35,054 nt of DNA from Sminthopsis crassicaudata (GCF_048593235.1 NC_133617.1:741872958-741908011), one strand, 5' to 3'. Counted from the stretch's first letter, positions 22,426 through 33,885 are shown. The notes: generated by a model from the letters alone, not told the origin. Numbers and translations: made by a program.

Positions 22426-22984
22426 CCAGTTTCTGCCTCTCTTTTTTTTCCCCCAGACATCAAACAGAAATTTAATTTCAAAGTGCGGAAAATGACTCAC
22501 AGACATGTGCCAGGAGCTCACCACTTCATTGTAGCTGAACCTTGATTTATATACTTGTGGCTGGACAAAGAGTCAGTGTAGTATAACAACAGTAGCAAAG
22601 AACAACAACAGCAAGACAAGTTGTCTAGTGACAGAAAGTCCGTCCATAGCAGGGATTTGTGTCTGGGCCTGCTGGTGCTTGTCTGAGCTCAGGAGCCATC
22701 TGTACAGAAGGTGAGTGCAGAGGATTATTGTTAGAGCAAACTTGGGGCTTGTCTGCTGGGCCTTAGCGCTGGAAACTTGATCTCTCTTAAGATCCTGACA
22801 ATTCTAAAATATCCCCTTACAATGAAGCCTGCATTTCCTTCTGTTCACCTTGTTTGGGGTTTTCCCCTCTAGGGTAAGCGGAACATGTGCATCCTTAGAA
22901 TGTTCAAGGTCTCCCTCTGGTCATCAAGAAGTTGATCTCTATGGTTTTAAAGGCCCGGGCTTTTTCACCATTCTAAACCCAATG

Positions 22985-23665
22985 TGCCCGTCTTTTTAAC
23001 ATCCCAGAGATGTTACTGGGTGAGCTCCTGACTCACAAGAATTGGATCTAAGGAAGCCAGAATTGCCCAAAATCATCATTAGTCTCCCCAGAGCTGGGAA
23101 GGCACTCCTAGCTGGAGCACTGGGAATAACACTTATCCAGGTTGATAATATTTCCCCTGAGGTGGAAATGCTTCTTCCCCAAAGAAGAAAAAGCAGTGAC
23201 TTTGTCGGCAGCATATCCTGTCGACCACCCGGACAGAAGAAGGAACAGAAGAGAAGTTCAGAAAGCAGACCTTGAAGCCTGATCCGGAGACATGATATAC
23301 TCGTGACGGGAGCCTCCGACATCCTGACATCTGCTTGTGCTCTGGGCCTGTCAAAAGCAGAGGAGTTAATAACTTCATGACTTGACTTAATGATAATTTC
23401 ATATTTCAAAATCTTCAGAAACCAGCAAAGGGAAATTTTCTCCGGGGTTTGATTTGTACTAGCAGGGAGGAACTGGTTGCTTGGGAGGAAATGATGGGAA
23501 TTCTGGGAGAAATGCCCACTCCCTCCTAGTGTTTATGGTGGAGAAACTGAGGCAAATTGGATCGAATTTCACATGTGCTTCAGACATAAGGGAAGCAGAG
23601 TCAAAGTGGGGAGAATCCTAAAGTTCCATGAGGATGTCAGCCAGGAAGGCTAGAAATGCTTAAAT
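22985..23665 (+). mobile_element. CR1/L3 endonuclease-region fossil
   Basis: tgtcgaccacccggacagaagaaggaa gives (Y)RPPGQK(E)E. Downstream gacatctgc...aataacttcatgacttgacttaatgataatttc...gggaggaactggttgct...atgatggga follows the L3 ORF2 layout (DICW...FLTCLNDNF...NREELV). Confidence 0.75.
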
Positions 23666-23719
23666 TGCCTCCTTCTTCAGTCTCGTGGTGCCTTTCCATA
23701 TTCTAATAGCTCCCAAATT

Positions 23720-24275
23720 TGGAGGAGGGAGGGATTTGGGGGAAATAGAGTAAGTTCAGTTTTGGGAATTTCGAGTTTGAGGTACTTATGGGAAAGGGAG
23801 CTCTTACGATCCATCAGTCACTCGATCCATAAATATCTGCATCACCTACTATGTGCTAGGCAGATACAGAGACAAAAATGAATGTTTATTCTCTCAGGAA
23901 GCCTGGATATACGTAAATGTGTTCAAAATACAGACAAATAAGTACAAGATGATTTTAGAGGGGCGGTTAGGAGGCACCAGCGATGCATAGAGCATCAGGC
24001 TTGCAGTCAGAAAGACATCTCCCCGAGTTCGAACCTCAGACATGTAGTAGCTGTGGGACCTGGGCAAGTCACGTAACCTCATGCCTCAGTTTCCTCACCT
24101 GTAAAATGAACTGAAGAAGGAAATGACAAACCACTCTGCCCAGAAAATGCCAAAAAGGGAGCACCGAGAGTCAGGCAGGACTGAACAATCATTTTTGAAG
24201 GAGGCACTAGCAGCTGTGGGGAAAGAGCAGGAAAGCTTTCACGTAGGAGAGGGTGATTGAGCTGAACTTTCATAA
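23720..24275 (-). mobile_element. L2 fragments with a MAR1-like SINE (+) nested at ~23960-24190
   Basis: taagttcagttttgggaatttcgagtttgagg and cacctactatgtgctagg are L2-like. The SINE shows a head, CORE and gagagtcaggcaggactgaacaa tail. Confidence 0.6.
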
Positions 24276-25384
24276 CAATGTGACAGGCTGTATACTTTTA
24301 TGGGGGTGAAGGAGTTGGTTTTTGTGAGAGGACGAAGCCTCCCATGATGCTCATCATGGCTCATCTTCGCCTTTCCTGGACCCACGATGTTTGCAGTCAC
24401 GAGATGTAACAAAGGTTAGACCGAACATTTCCTGCTTCTTTGTTACAAAGGAAAAAAAAAAGGTCTTTGAGTTGTTAGAATCTACTTTTGCTCTCTTGAG
24501 GGGCTGTCATTCATCAGGGCCATGCATAAGAAATGCGAGGTGTCTGCCTTCCCAGTGATTCATGCATCAGCATCTATTCTAAGAGAGAACTGCACTGATT
24601 CCTTTTGGGAACCTTCAAACCCGAAACCTTTGGGATGTCAAGAAACAGCATGTGCAGAGGGCAGGAGCCATTTCGCTTCCCAGAGCACCAGCCCTTCCAA
24701 CAACTTCTGTCGTGAGCCATGTCTTAGACATGGACCAAAAGCAGCTGGGAGTTAGGAAGGTTTCCCCTTTCTCTCACAGAGCAGAAAAAGATATCGTGAT
24801 TTCTCCCTTTCTATCACAAAGAGGAAGCAGTACCGTCAGTTGCACATGATGTCTTTTTCTGTGGTCGACTGAGATGAAGACCCGCCGGGATCATCCAGTT
24901 AATAAATATTCTAGGACAGATTTCAACTCAGATGCTCCTGACTCCAGACTCAGACCTCTATCCACTGAGCCTCCTCTGCCCCAGTGGGTTCTGGGAAAAT
25001 CTTTATGTCCTTTCCTGCCTTCCCTAACTGGCTGGTCATAAAAAGCACATCTCTAATGTTAAACCTCTGAGAGACTCTGTCCAGCTGACTATGTAAAACC
25101 ACAATTTCAGAAGAATCCGATGGTAGGGGACCCAGAGGGAATGGAGTGACACATGGTGGGCACAAGGATTTGATCAGTGGCGATGCCATGTGAGAAACGG
25201 CGTCGAGGACATGGAAACCTGGAAAAAAGAGAGCTGACCAATGGGCAGCCCACATGCTCCCGTGGTGCTCTCTGGATGTTGGCAGAAGCCCCCGGAAGGG
25301 ATTTCCTGAGATGAGGCAAGGGGAGACTCATCTCCAGGAGATCCCAGAGCCATCATAATTGTTACAGGGATTGTTACGCCTGTA

Positions 25385-25615
25385 ACAGTTATTATCGTTA
25401 CATTGATACAGTGGTTTGAGGGTTGGAAAGCCCTTTTACACACATCATCTCGTTTTGATCCTCAAAACAACTTTATGAGGTAGTTGTTATTCTTATCCTC
25501 ATCTTGAAGATTAAAAACCTATGTTCGGGAGGTTAGATCACTGATCACAAGGTTAGCATCTGGGGCAGGATTTGCACCTCAAACTTTGTGACTTAGCATC
25601 TTGTAGCCACTACAG
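25385..25615 (-). mobile_element. MIR
   Basis: ggttggaaagcccttttacacacatcatctcgttttgatcctcaaaacaac... Confidence 0.65.
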
Positions 25616-25794
25616 TATCGTAAAAGCCCTAGAGCAGCACTCAGGTTTCTAGTCTCAGCACTGCTGTCAATTAATTGGTATGATTTTAAATTCATTTCAT
25701 GCTTTCTGGCTTTGGTTTTCTCAATTGCAAAATATGGGGGCTGGGCTAGAAAAGTGATTTTTAACCTGTTTTATATTATGGAATTCTTTCTATA

Positions 25795-26010
25795 GTCCTG
25801 GGTCTGGGACCAGGAAGACTCACTTCCCGAGTTCAAATCCAGCCTCCCACTTAATAGCTTTATGAAGGGTAAGTCACTTCACCCTGTTTGCCTCAGTTGG
25901 TTCATCTGTAAAATGATCAGGAGAAGGCGATGGCAAGTCACCCCAATATCTTTGCCAAGAAAACTCCAAATGAGGTCACAAAGAGTCAGACACAACTGAA
26001 AACAACTGAC
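25795..26010 (+). mobile_element. MAR1-like SINE
   Basis: caggaagactcacttcccgagttcaaatccagcctc...tctttgccaagaaaactccaaatgaggtcacaaagagtcagacacaactgaa. Confidence 0.8.
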
Positions 26011-26027
26011 CTCTGAACCTAAAAATT

Positions 26028-26074
<47 letters not shown>
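26028..26074. repeat. Compound (CA)n(TA)n microsatellite
   Basis: Seen directly in the sequence. Confidence 0.95.
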
Positions 26075-26649
26075 TCATATATATGGATATATAATATATA
26101 AAGTCTTGGGCTAGACAAACAGTAAGGGTCCTTTTAACTCTTATCTATGAGATGTCTATAATACTGTGAACTTGGAAAGGGAACAGGAAATGCCAAGTGT
26201 TATTAACGGAAGGAGCCATTGCATTTGATGAGCCTTAGAGAGGAGACTTTACTCATTGCCTCAATGCCATCACCTGTGAAAACTAGGAGCAGGCTGTGGG
26301 CTTGTGTGTGGGCTTGCTTCCAGGTCATGTTGGAGAAAAATCCCAAACAGGAGGAACTTTGTGTATCATAGAATTTAGTAAGGATACAGGCTCACGTGGG
26401 TGACAAAGGGCTGCGTTTGGCCAGCAGGGATAAAGGGACTCGGTGATGGCTTGATAGCTGTGCCCACACTGAGGGTCTACCTGCTTACCCCAACCTTCCC
26501 ATCCTCCCCCGGTGCTGGTTAGCCAGAGACGTGATGGCCGAGTTATGGCTCTCTATCTTGATGTTCCAGAAAGCATGCTTGGGTGTGGGGGTGAGAGATC
26601 TCAGACCTCATGAGCATATGTGCCAGCTAATGCTTCAGCTTAACTCCTT

Positions 26650-26860
26650 AAGGTTTGCAACGCACTTTCAAAATTTTTATTTTATCCTTGAAACAACTCT
26701 GAGTAGATGCTATTCTTATCCCCATTTTAGAGATGACAAAATTAAGGAAGGCAGAGATTAAGTGACTTGCCAGGTTACAGAGTTAGTAAGTGTCTGGGTT
26801 AAATCTGAAATCAGATTTTCCTGACCTCAGGCCTGGTGTTCTACTCACTGTGCCCCCTGA
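26650..26860 (-). mobile_element. MIR
   Basis: aaggtttgcaacgcacttt...ccccattttagagatgacaaaattaagg...aagtgacttgccagg. Confidence 0.7.
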
Positions 26861-27449
26861 GATGCTAATACTAAATATTCCTCCGGGAGCTAAGGTCAGA
26901 GCAGGACAAGATGGAGGAGCTTGCTATCTGTTTAACTTACAATTTCAGCTAATTATTCTTGCCCCTATAGAGTGCAAGTGCTCTAAATTTTGGCACCTGG
27001 GGTCAAAGCCTCAGTCACTCCACCCTAGTTATAGCTTTGGTGGTAGGGATTGTTCAAAGCCAGAATGTGGGACAAGAAAGAAGGAGTCTCCCTTTTCACA
27101 CTTTCAGAACTTTACAGATAGGGAAACTGAGGTCCAGATTAGTGAAGCGACTTGTCACACAGAGGGCAGAGGTTGCCCCGGAGTTCTTATCCATAGGCAG
27201 TATGGTTCCCTAGAGGCAGAGTGGCTGGCCATGGATGCATGGAGAGCAGATGTAGAAAAGCACTTGTGGCAGAGTACAAAACATGGGGAGATTTCACGGT
27301 AAACCTGAGAAGCATTTCCCCTGCCGGAGGTCCCTGTCCCCTCCTTCCTATCGCTCTCGATGGACTCGGGGCCGATTTATTTCTGTGCTTTTAAAAGCGG
27401 GGTCCTGCCCTTGTCCTAATGGGGACCGACAAGAGAGGACACCCACCAT

Positions 27450-27590
27450 CAGACAAAGCAGACTCCAGCTTGATCCAAGTAATTAGTTTGTCTTTGTCAG
27501 ATTGATGTCTATAAAAAGCGCCTCCCCATGGCAACAGTCCCAAGGGGCTAAAAGGCTGGGTCCTTCCACTTGGTCTAATTAATGCTGATA
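27450..27590. promoter_or_regulatory. Candidate enhancer or promoter E1 (SOX, homeodomain, TATA-like and RFX half-site motifs)
   Basis: Unique sequence containing ACAAAG, TAATTAG, TTTGTCTTTGTC (27487-27498), TATAAAAAG (27510-27518), CATGGCAAC (27527-27535) and CTAATTAAT. Confidence 0.35.
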
Positions 27591-28284
27591 TTTAAAAACA
27601 AAAGGGATATACAGCCCCTCCTCCATCCTGTTTATTGTTCCCCTTCTCCCAGAGTAAAAAAATGGAAGCAGGGTTGGCAAAGCCAAAGCCCTGGCTCTCT
27701 GTTGCACAAGTCAGGATGGAAGATGATCGCTGGACATTCAGCAGCATCTGCTTCTAGGGCCCCCACCCAGCCCTTTCAATTTGGGTAAATCACTGTCAGT
27801 TTCCCCATCTCTAAAATGATGGAGATCTATTACTCCCTGATGTCACCATCCTCTCTAGAATGACGGACAAACAACAATATCAACAAATGATCCACTAGCT
27901 CTGGGACCTCGGGACTAGTGGGAATGCTTTAGTCATAACTGACTTTGGGTCACAGATCAAGAAGTGGGAGGGACCTTGGAAGTGATCTGGTTTAACTCTC
28001 TCATTTGACAGAGGGTGCCCCAGAAACTCAAATCACATGCTGAAGCCATCCCTGGAATCAGAATTCAAAGCCAGGGCCTCCATATCTGAAGGCAAAGCTC
28101 CCTTTTTATGGTACGAGGAAGGCTGTTTCTCTTCTACAGGTATTTCTTTCTCAAGAGAAAAAAAGTAAGATAGGAATATTCATATTAAAATGTGATAATG
28201 GACTTATTTCCTTGCCCAGTTATTCCTGTGCTTGCAGTATTTCCTGTAAATGTATGTTTGTTAGAAAAGTATTAAATCGCAGCT

Positions 28285-28520
28285 TAGGGGCACTTAGGTG
28301 GCTCCTCAGTGCACAGAATCTTGGACTTGGGAGTCAGGAAGATCCTCTTCAAGAGTTCCAATCTGCCTTCAGACACTGCACAGGTCACTTCACCCTGTTT
28401 GCCTCAGTTTCCTCATCTGTAAAATGAGCAGGAGAAGGGAAAGATAAACCACTCTAATATCTCTGCCAAGAAAATCCCTAATGAGGCCCAGAGTCAGACA
28501 GTCTGAAACCACTGAACGAC
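28285..28520 (+). mobile_element. MAR1-like SINE
   Basis: ggggcacttaggtggc...gagtcaggaaga...cagtttcctcatctgtaaaatgag...ctctgccaagaaaatccc...gagtcagaca. Confidence 0.8.
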
Positions 28521-29659
28521 AAAATCAACATAATCACTTTTGACTGGAAACTAATTTACAATAGAACAAATAGAATGCAATGCACAAACTGTCCACAGCA
28601 ACTTTTCTGTCGTCCCCCCAAGCCTGCGCTATGACATTTCCTCCCATTTCTTGCCATTTGTCCTTTCTGTGGTCATAATTAGCACGTGCTCCGGTCTGTA
28701 GCTTTGTATTATACTCTAAATGCCTTTCCAGAATTCTTTCTATTCCTCAAACACGCTTTGATGCTTCGTGGTATTCTATTACATCAAATTACTCTGATTT
28801 AGGGGCCCTCATTTTTCTCAAACCTTGGCTCAGGTGCCACAGCGGATATGAAGGCTTTCCTGAGCGCCCGTGATAGTGCTACTTCCCCAGCCCCAATTAA
28901 TTACTGGGTATTTATTTTGCAACGACCTAGCTACGTATATGTTGTCTCCCCTTGGAGGGAGGGATATTGCCACCTCCGAGAGTCACCTGAAACCTCTTAA
29001 TTTCTGGTTCCAGTAAAGAAATTTCCTTTCCCCAATCCAGGCCACTCTGAGAATTCATTACATTTGGGACTGACTAGAAACGGTCTCAAATCTGACCCCA
29101 ATTCTCTGTTTTCCTATTTTAGGGCACATAATCTCCCCATTTGAACCCCAACTTTGAACACTTCCTCAATAACCAACTGAGGCTTTGACCCCAGGAGCTG
29201 AAATTTAAAACAGGAGCACTCTTTCTAACATGGGGGTGGGGGTAATCTCTGTCTGTCTCTCTTGCCACATACTATGCAGGTATATACACCCCCCCCTTTT
29301 TTTTTAACTTACTTGCTGAACCGCTTACTAATAAACCTTTTGTTTGTACCAGCTTTCCAAGTATCAGTTTTCTGTAAATTCCCTAGGTCATGTAAAACAT
29401 TCTTTCTAGCTCTGATATAAATTTCTTTTCTGTGTGATTTAGTTGTGTATACGAACACATCCATGTATTCAGGTATATGTGTTTGTGTGTATATATGTGT
29501 ATGCGTATACATACATGTGTATATGTATGTGTACATAAATATATATATATATATTTTAAAAAATACATATATACAGGGATTTGTGACATGATCTATTTTG
29601 TCAGTGTGAGGAACTTTTACTGTGGAGACTTCTCCCACCAACTAATTGCGTACTTTTTA

Positions 29660-29920
29660 TCCATCTCCCATCTCTGTGCCTTTGCCCAGGCTGTTCCCCA
29701 TTCCCAGAAACCTCTCTCTCCTCACCTTTGTCTGCATGAATTTTGTCCTTTTAAGAAGTCATAACTGAGTGCCCCTTCCTACAGGACCCCTCCTTGGATT
29801 CTTCAGTTGCTAGTGCCATGCCCCCAAATTACCTGGATATATTTTGTATTTACTCGTTAGAGTGAATGTTGCATTTCTCCTTTCCCTTCCCCCAGTTAGA
29901 ATGTAAGCTTTATGAGGTCA
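29660..29920 (+). mobile_element. L2 3' fragment
   Basis: tgtgcctttgcccaggctgttccccattcccagaa...ttagaatgtaagctttatgagg. Confidence 0.7.
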
Positions 29921-30294
29921 GATGCTGCTTTATTTAGAGAAGATATAATTGTAGGTATTTAGCAGATCTGTTGAATGGATGGCCCATATGTGCCTTAGTG
30001 GACAGAGGGAACTATATACATAGAGATTAAATGCCTTGCCCATGGTAACATAGCTATTAAGTGCACAAGGTCAGGTTCGAACCCAGAATTCCCTGCCTCC
30101 AAAGCCAGTCCCTTGTTTGCAGGGCTGCCTTCCTCTCTCAAGTTTGCTTTGAGTCACTAAGCATTCCCTGAGGGAAGGTCATATGCTGCGAGTGGCTTTC
30201 CTTGGGATGCCCTCCATGTTTCCTCCATCCTTTGTCAACTCTGAGATTTCTGCTTCTTTCTTGAGACTTGGCTCTGTGGGCCATAATTATGTCA

Positions 30295-30450
30295 GCAGAC
30301 ACAAAGCATAGTAATCAGCCCTGTGCGTGCAGATGGACCAGGGCCTCAGTGAATCACCAAGATTAGATTTGTCTTTGTCTCTGGCTCCAACTCCCAACCC
30401 CTAATTTGATGGCAACAATTAAGAGCAATTCTGTCACTCCTGCTAATAGT
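30295..30450. promoter_or_regulatory. Candidate enhancer E2 (SOX, TAATC homeodomain, E-box and RFX half-site motifs)
   Basis: ACAAAG, TAATCA, CAGATGG, GATTAG, TTTGTCTTTGTC (30368-30379), CTAATT and ATGGCAAC (30409-30416) lie in unique sequence. Confidence 0.35.
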
Positions 30451-30524
30451 CTCCAGATTTCAATAATGGGAATGATGGGAGAATTTTGACCATTGTCTAG
30501 ATTTCCCACCCAGTCTCAGTCTCT

Positions 30525-30970
30525 CTTTTTTAAATTTAATTTTTTTCAATTAACAAGCATTTATTTTCTTTCTCTCCCACCTTCCTCTCCACTGGGAAAG
30601 AAAAACCTAAAACTTTGTGACAAAGAAACATAAGGAAATTCCCATATTGCCGATGTCCAAAAATGTGTGTCTCATTTTGCTCTTTATTTATTTTTCAATT
30701 AACAAGCATTTATTTTCTTTCCCTCCCACCTTCCTCCCCACTGAGAAAGAAAAACCTAAAACTTTGTGACAAATAAGCATAATCAAGGAAACAAATTCCC
30801 ATATCATCAATCTCCAAACATGTGGGTCTCATATTGCTTATTAGTCCATTGCCTCTTTTTCAGGAATTGAGTAGCTTCCTTTATCACAGGTCTTCTGGGA
30901 CATGGTTAATTATTGCTTTGATCAGCGTTCTTGAGGCTTTCAAGTTACTTGTTTTTATGATTTTGTTAAG
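30525..30970 (-). mobile_element. Old L1 3'UTR whose terminal ~150 bp is present twice in tandem
   Basis: tttttcaattaacaagcatttattttcttt...gaaagaaaaacctaaaactttgtgacaaa starts at 30542 and again at 30691. Confidence 0.75.
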
Positions 30971-31099
30971 CCTAAGGAAGATAGGGCTAAGGGATTATAA
31001 ATCGAGAGCTGGACAGTCATTCAGGACAAACTTCTCATTCTTCAGATGATCCAGAAAGGTGAAATCATAAAGTCTGGATTTAGGGTTCAAAGGGACCAT

Positions 31100-31265
31100 C
31101 TCTGAACAATTAGCGTTTTCCAAAAGTGGACTGAGCAGCCTCAGGAGGGATGGGTTTCCACATAGTGAAAATCATCCCAGTGCCTTGGAGCAGGGGACGA
31201 TCTTGGAGAAGTGTGGGTTGTACTTGTCCACTATGAGGTCTCTTAGCTCTGAAATTCTGTGATTC
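31100..31265 (+). mobile_element. CR1/L3 3' end
   Basis: ccaaaagtggactgagcagcctcaggagggatgggtttcc...tgaggtctcttagctctgaaattctgtgattc. Confidence 0.6.
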
Positions 31266-32171
31266 AAACACTGGATAGATAGCATTGGCTTGGAAGTTAA
31301 GACTGAGATGTAGAGTGCTTTAATTCAATTACTCTGCTAAGCATTTTTCATATAGAATACTGGGTGGGCTGTTGATCAGAAAGGCAAGCTATTATATTTC
31401 CCATCCACTTTGTGTGGGCAGAGTTCTCTTGGGGCTTATTGTCTTTCCTGAAATCCCCTCCCATTTGGAAGCATGGTTTCTTTTAAAATTGGCTTTTAAA
31501 AATTGGGGGTTGTGGTGACTGACTTCTCATTTACCTCAGACAGGCCCCTCTTTGATTACTGATATGTTTTAATTCTAGAGCCCTGGAGAATATATTTTCT
31601 CTGTAAATGAAGTTTGTCCTTTTGCCCAGCTGGCCAACATGTGGCTCTGTGAATATAGAATATTAATATTTATTCTTTGGGTAAAAAAGAGTGGAGGCTG
31701 CAAACCGGTCAGTAATAGGGGAGGCCGAGGTGTTTGGAAGTTGAATCTGTGAAAGGTTTTTTTGGCCAGCCTAGGCCAGTATCGTGACCAAATGACTTCT
31801 GGGTCCTGGAACGGTACATATGGACGTGAACGTGAGAGGACCGACTCCATGTAGAAAGTGCACTGAGTATGAGACCGCTTTCTCCAAAGGCCGGTGATAT
31901 AAGGGAAAGTCTGACCCTGAAATGTTGGGGATAAATGTTTGTACTTCCATTCCTGTTATATATCTTCTAAATAAATATGCTTTTATAAAAAACTAATTGA
32001 TAATTAATTGACTAAATGGCTGGTAGTGAGCAGTGGGGAAAATCACTTGGAAGAGTGACTTGAGGGGACCAGTAGAGAAGAGACATCCACGTTCCCTCAG
32101 GAGCCACCCTGGCACACAGAGAGGGAGACAGGGCAGCCGATAAGAGGAGCTCAAAGGGTCCTTACCACATG

Positions 32172-33215
32172 GTTGTTTCCCTCCGTTCTCGAAGAGGATC
32201 AAAATGACATCACTAGGTCAGAGTCAAGCCAGTGTCTGACCTGCAATCAGCCAACAAGAGCTGTCACAGGGTGGCACACGTGAACATTTGGTGGCTTCTC
32301 TAACTCTGACTAATTCCGTTCTGCTCATGGAGCACGGCCCCTTCTCCGATGTGCTTGGGGGTCTCGGGCCAGTGTCTCCCATGTCACACTCCCAAGCGCC
32401 TTGAGAGTGACCTTGTTGCACCTTTCCTGACTGCCTGTGAGCGCTTGCCCCTGTGAGTTCTCTTGGCAAGCGTACATTCGGACAACGTGGCCCGACCAGT
32501 GGAGTTGCACTCTCTGCAGTAGTTGGAGCGCTGGGCAGATGAGTTGGATAAAGCACCTCAGTGTCCAGTACCTTCCCCTGCCTAGGATCTTCCTAAGACA
32601 AATGGACGCGATTCCGTCCCGGCCTGGCGCTGGTGACTGTCCGGTATCACAATCAGTGCCCCGGCTCTCAGACCCTCAGTTGGGTCAGCCTCCCCTCCTT
32701 TTCTTCCGAGCCTCCCAAAGGCTGAGCCAGCTCTGGCAGTGAGTGCATCAACCACGTGTACGCTGGCATGCATACTGTCAGTGCAGGAGAACTTGCCCTC
32801 AGCGTTCACACCCGCTCCAGTCGCTGTAACCGAGGGTTCTACGTGTGGCTGGCCTGGCGCTGGCTGGTGGAAGACTCGCGTTTTCTCGGGGTCCATTGTT
32901 GGACAAAGTCAGTGCGAGCAGCAGGGAATCCACCCATATGTCATTGCGTCTCGGCCTCGGAGGCCACAGTGAGGCACGCTCCTCACCAACAAGAGTCCCG
33001 GACCGGCCTCCTGCACTGCGGCCTGGCTCGGAGCCTTTCCGACCTGGAGACTCTGGGGTCCTGGGGGAGCGACTTCAACGCCTCATTGGCGGCATTTGGC
33101 AGCATGACTGGAAACACCGTGGAGCAAGCGCCCGGCCTTGGGCCGCTCCTGGGACACTGGGAAGCTCGAGAGCTGCCCGAGACCCCGCGCAGGAAGGCCG
33201 TCATGAAACTGACAC
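32172..33215 (-). mobile_element. RTE LINE (RT C-terminal half to 3' end), degenerate and GC/CpG-rich
   Basis: Minus-strand peptides QLHWSGHVVRM...VTWETLARD, ARAGSAFGRLGRK and STVFPVMLPNAANE resemble RTE ORF motifs (QLRWAGHVVRM, ARASSAFGRL, MFSAMLSDAFNE). The 3' end reads gttctcgaagaggatcaaaatgacatcact. Confidence 0.9.
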
Positions 33216-33663
33216 ACTGGAGGGAAGTTCATCAGCATAATACTACATATACACACAATAATAATGACACAAATTATAGTGCAATAATGGTGATGATATT
33301 GAACCTAATGATTATAAACACCTGTTTTGCAAATCATCTATAGCCTCAAAGCTTGACATAAATTAGGCTTAATTACAAAACAAGGATTTTTACCCCAAAT
33401 AGGAAAATGAAGACAATCTAGCTTATTTATTTCTTCAGGTTGTGGTTTCAATTACCAGGGAGATTTAAGAGTTTGAAGTTAAGGCAGAGCTACCTCCTAG
33501 GGAGGCCTCGTCTGATGGTTGATAGTCTTTTCCTAACTCAGCATTAATTTTATTCATTTATTTTGTATTTATTGAACTCCATCCATGTTGGCTGATACCC
33601 CCAAGAGACTATGGTTCCCTGTGGGTAGGAAGATTTCTTTTTTTGTCTTGCCATCCTAGTGTT

Positions 33664-33885
33664 TGGGGCAGCTAAGGGCACAGAGGGCACAGGGAGACTC
33701 ATGCTCTTGAGTTCAAATCTGGCCTCAGATACTTACTGCCTGCCTGGCCAACTCACTTAGCCCTGTGTGCCTCGGTTTCCTCATCTTTAAAATGAGTTGG
33801 AGAAGGAAACAGCAAATCATTCCAGCATCTTTGCCAAGAAATTCCCAAACGGGGTCACAGTGTTAAACACGATCAAAAACCGGCT
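33664..33885 (+). mobile_element. MAR1-like SINE
   Basis: ggggcagcta...gagttcaaatctggcctcagatacttac...aaaatgagttggagaaggaaacagcaaatcattccagcatctttgccaagaa. Confidence 0.8.

Noticed and set aside
26790-27302. 170-aa ORF
   Set aside because: It starts in a MIR and crosses another MIR fragment; no recognisable protein.
29470-29570. TG/TA-rich tract giving Y/T/H/I-rich ORFs
   Set aside because: Degenerate simple repeat.
32756-33343. 195-aa and 131-aa plus-strand ORFs
   Set aside because: They are antisense to the RTE fossil; GC-rich DNA is poor in stop codons.
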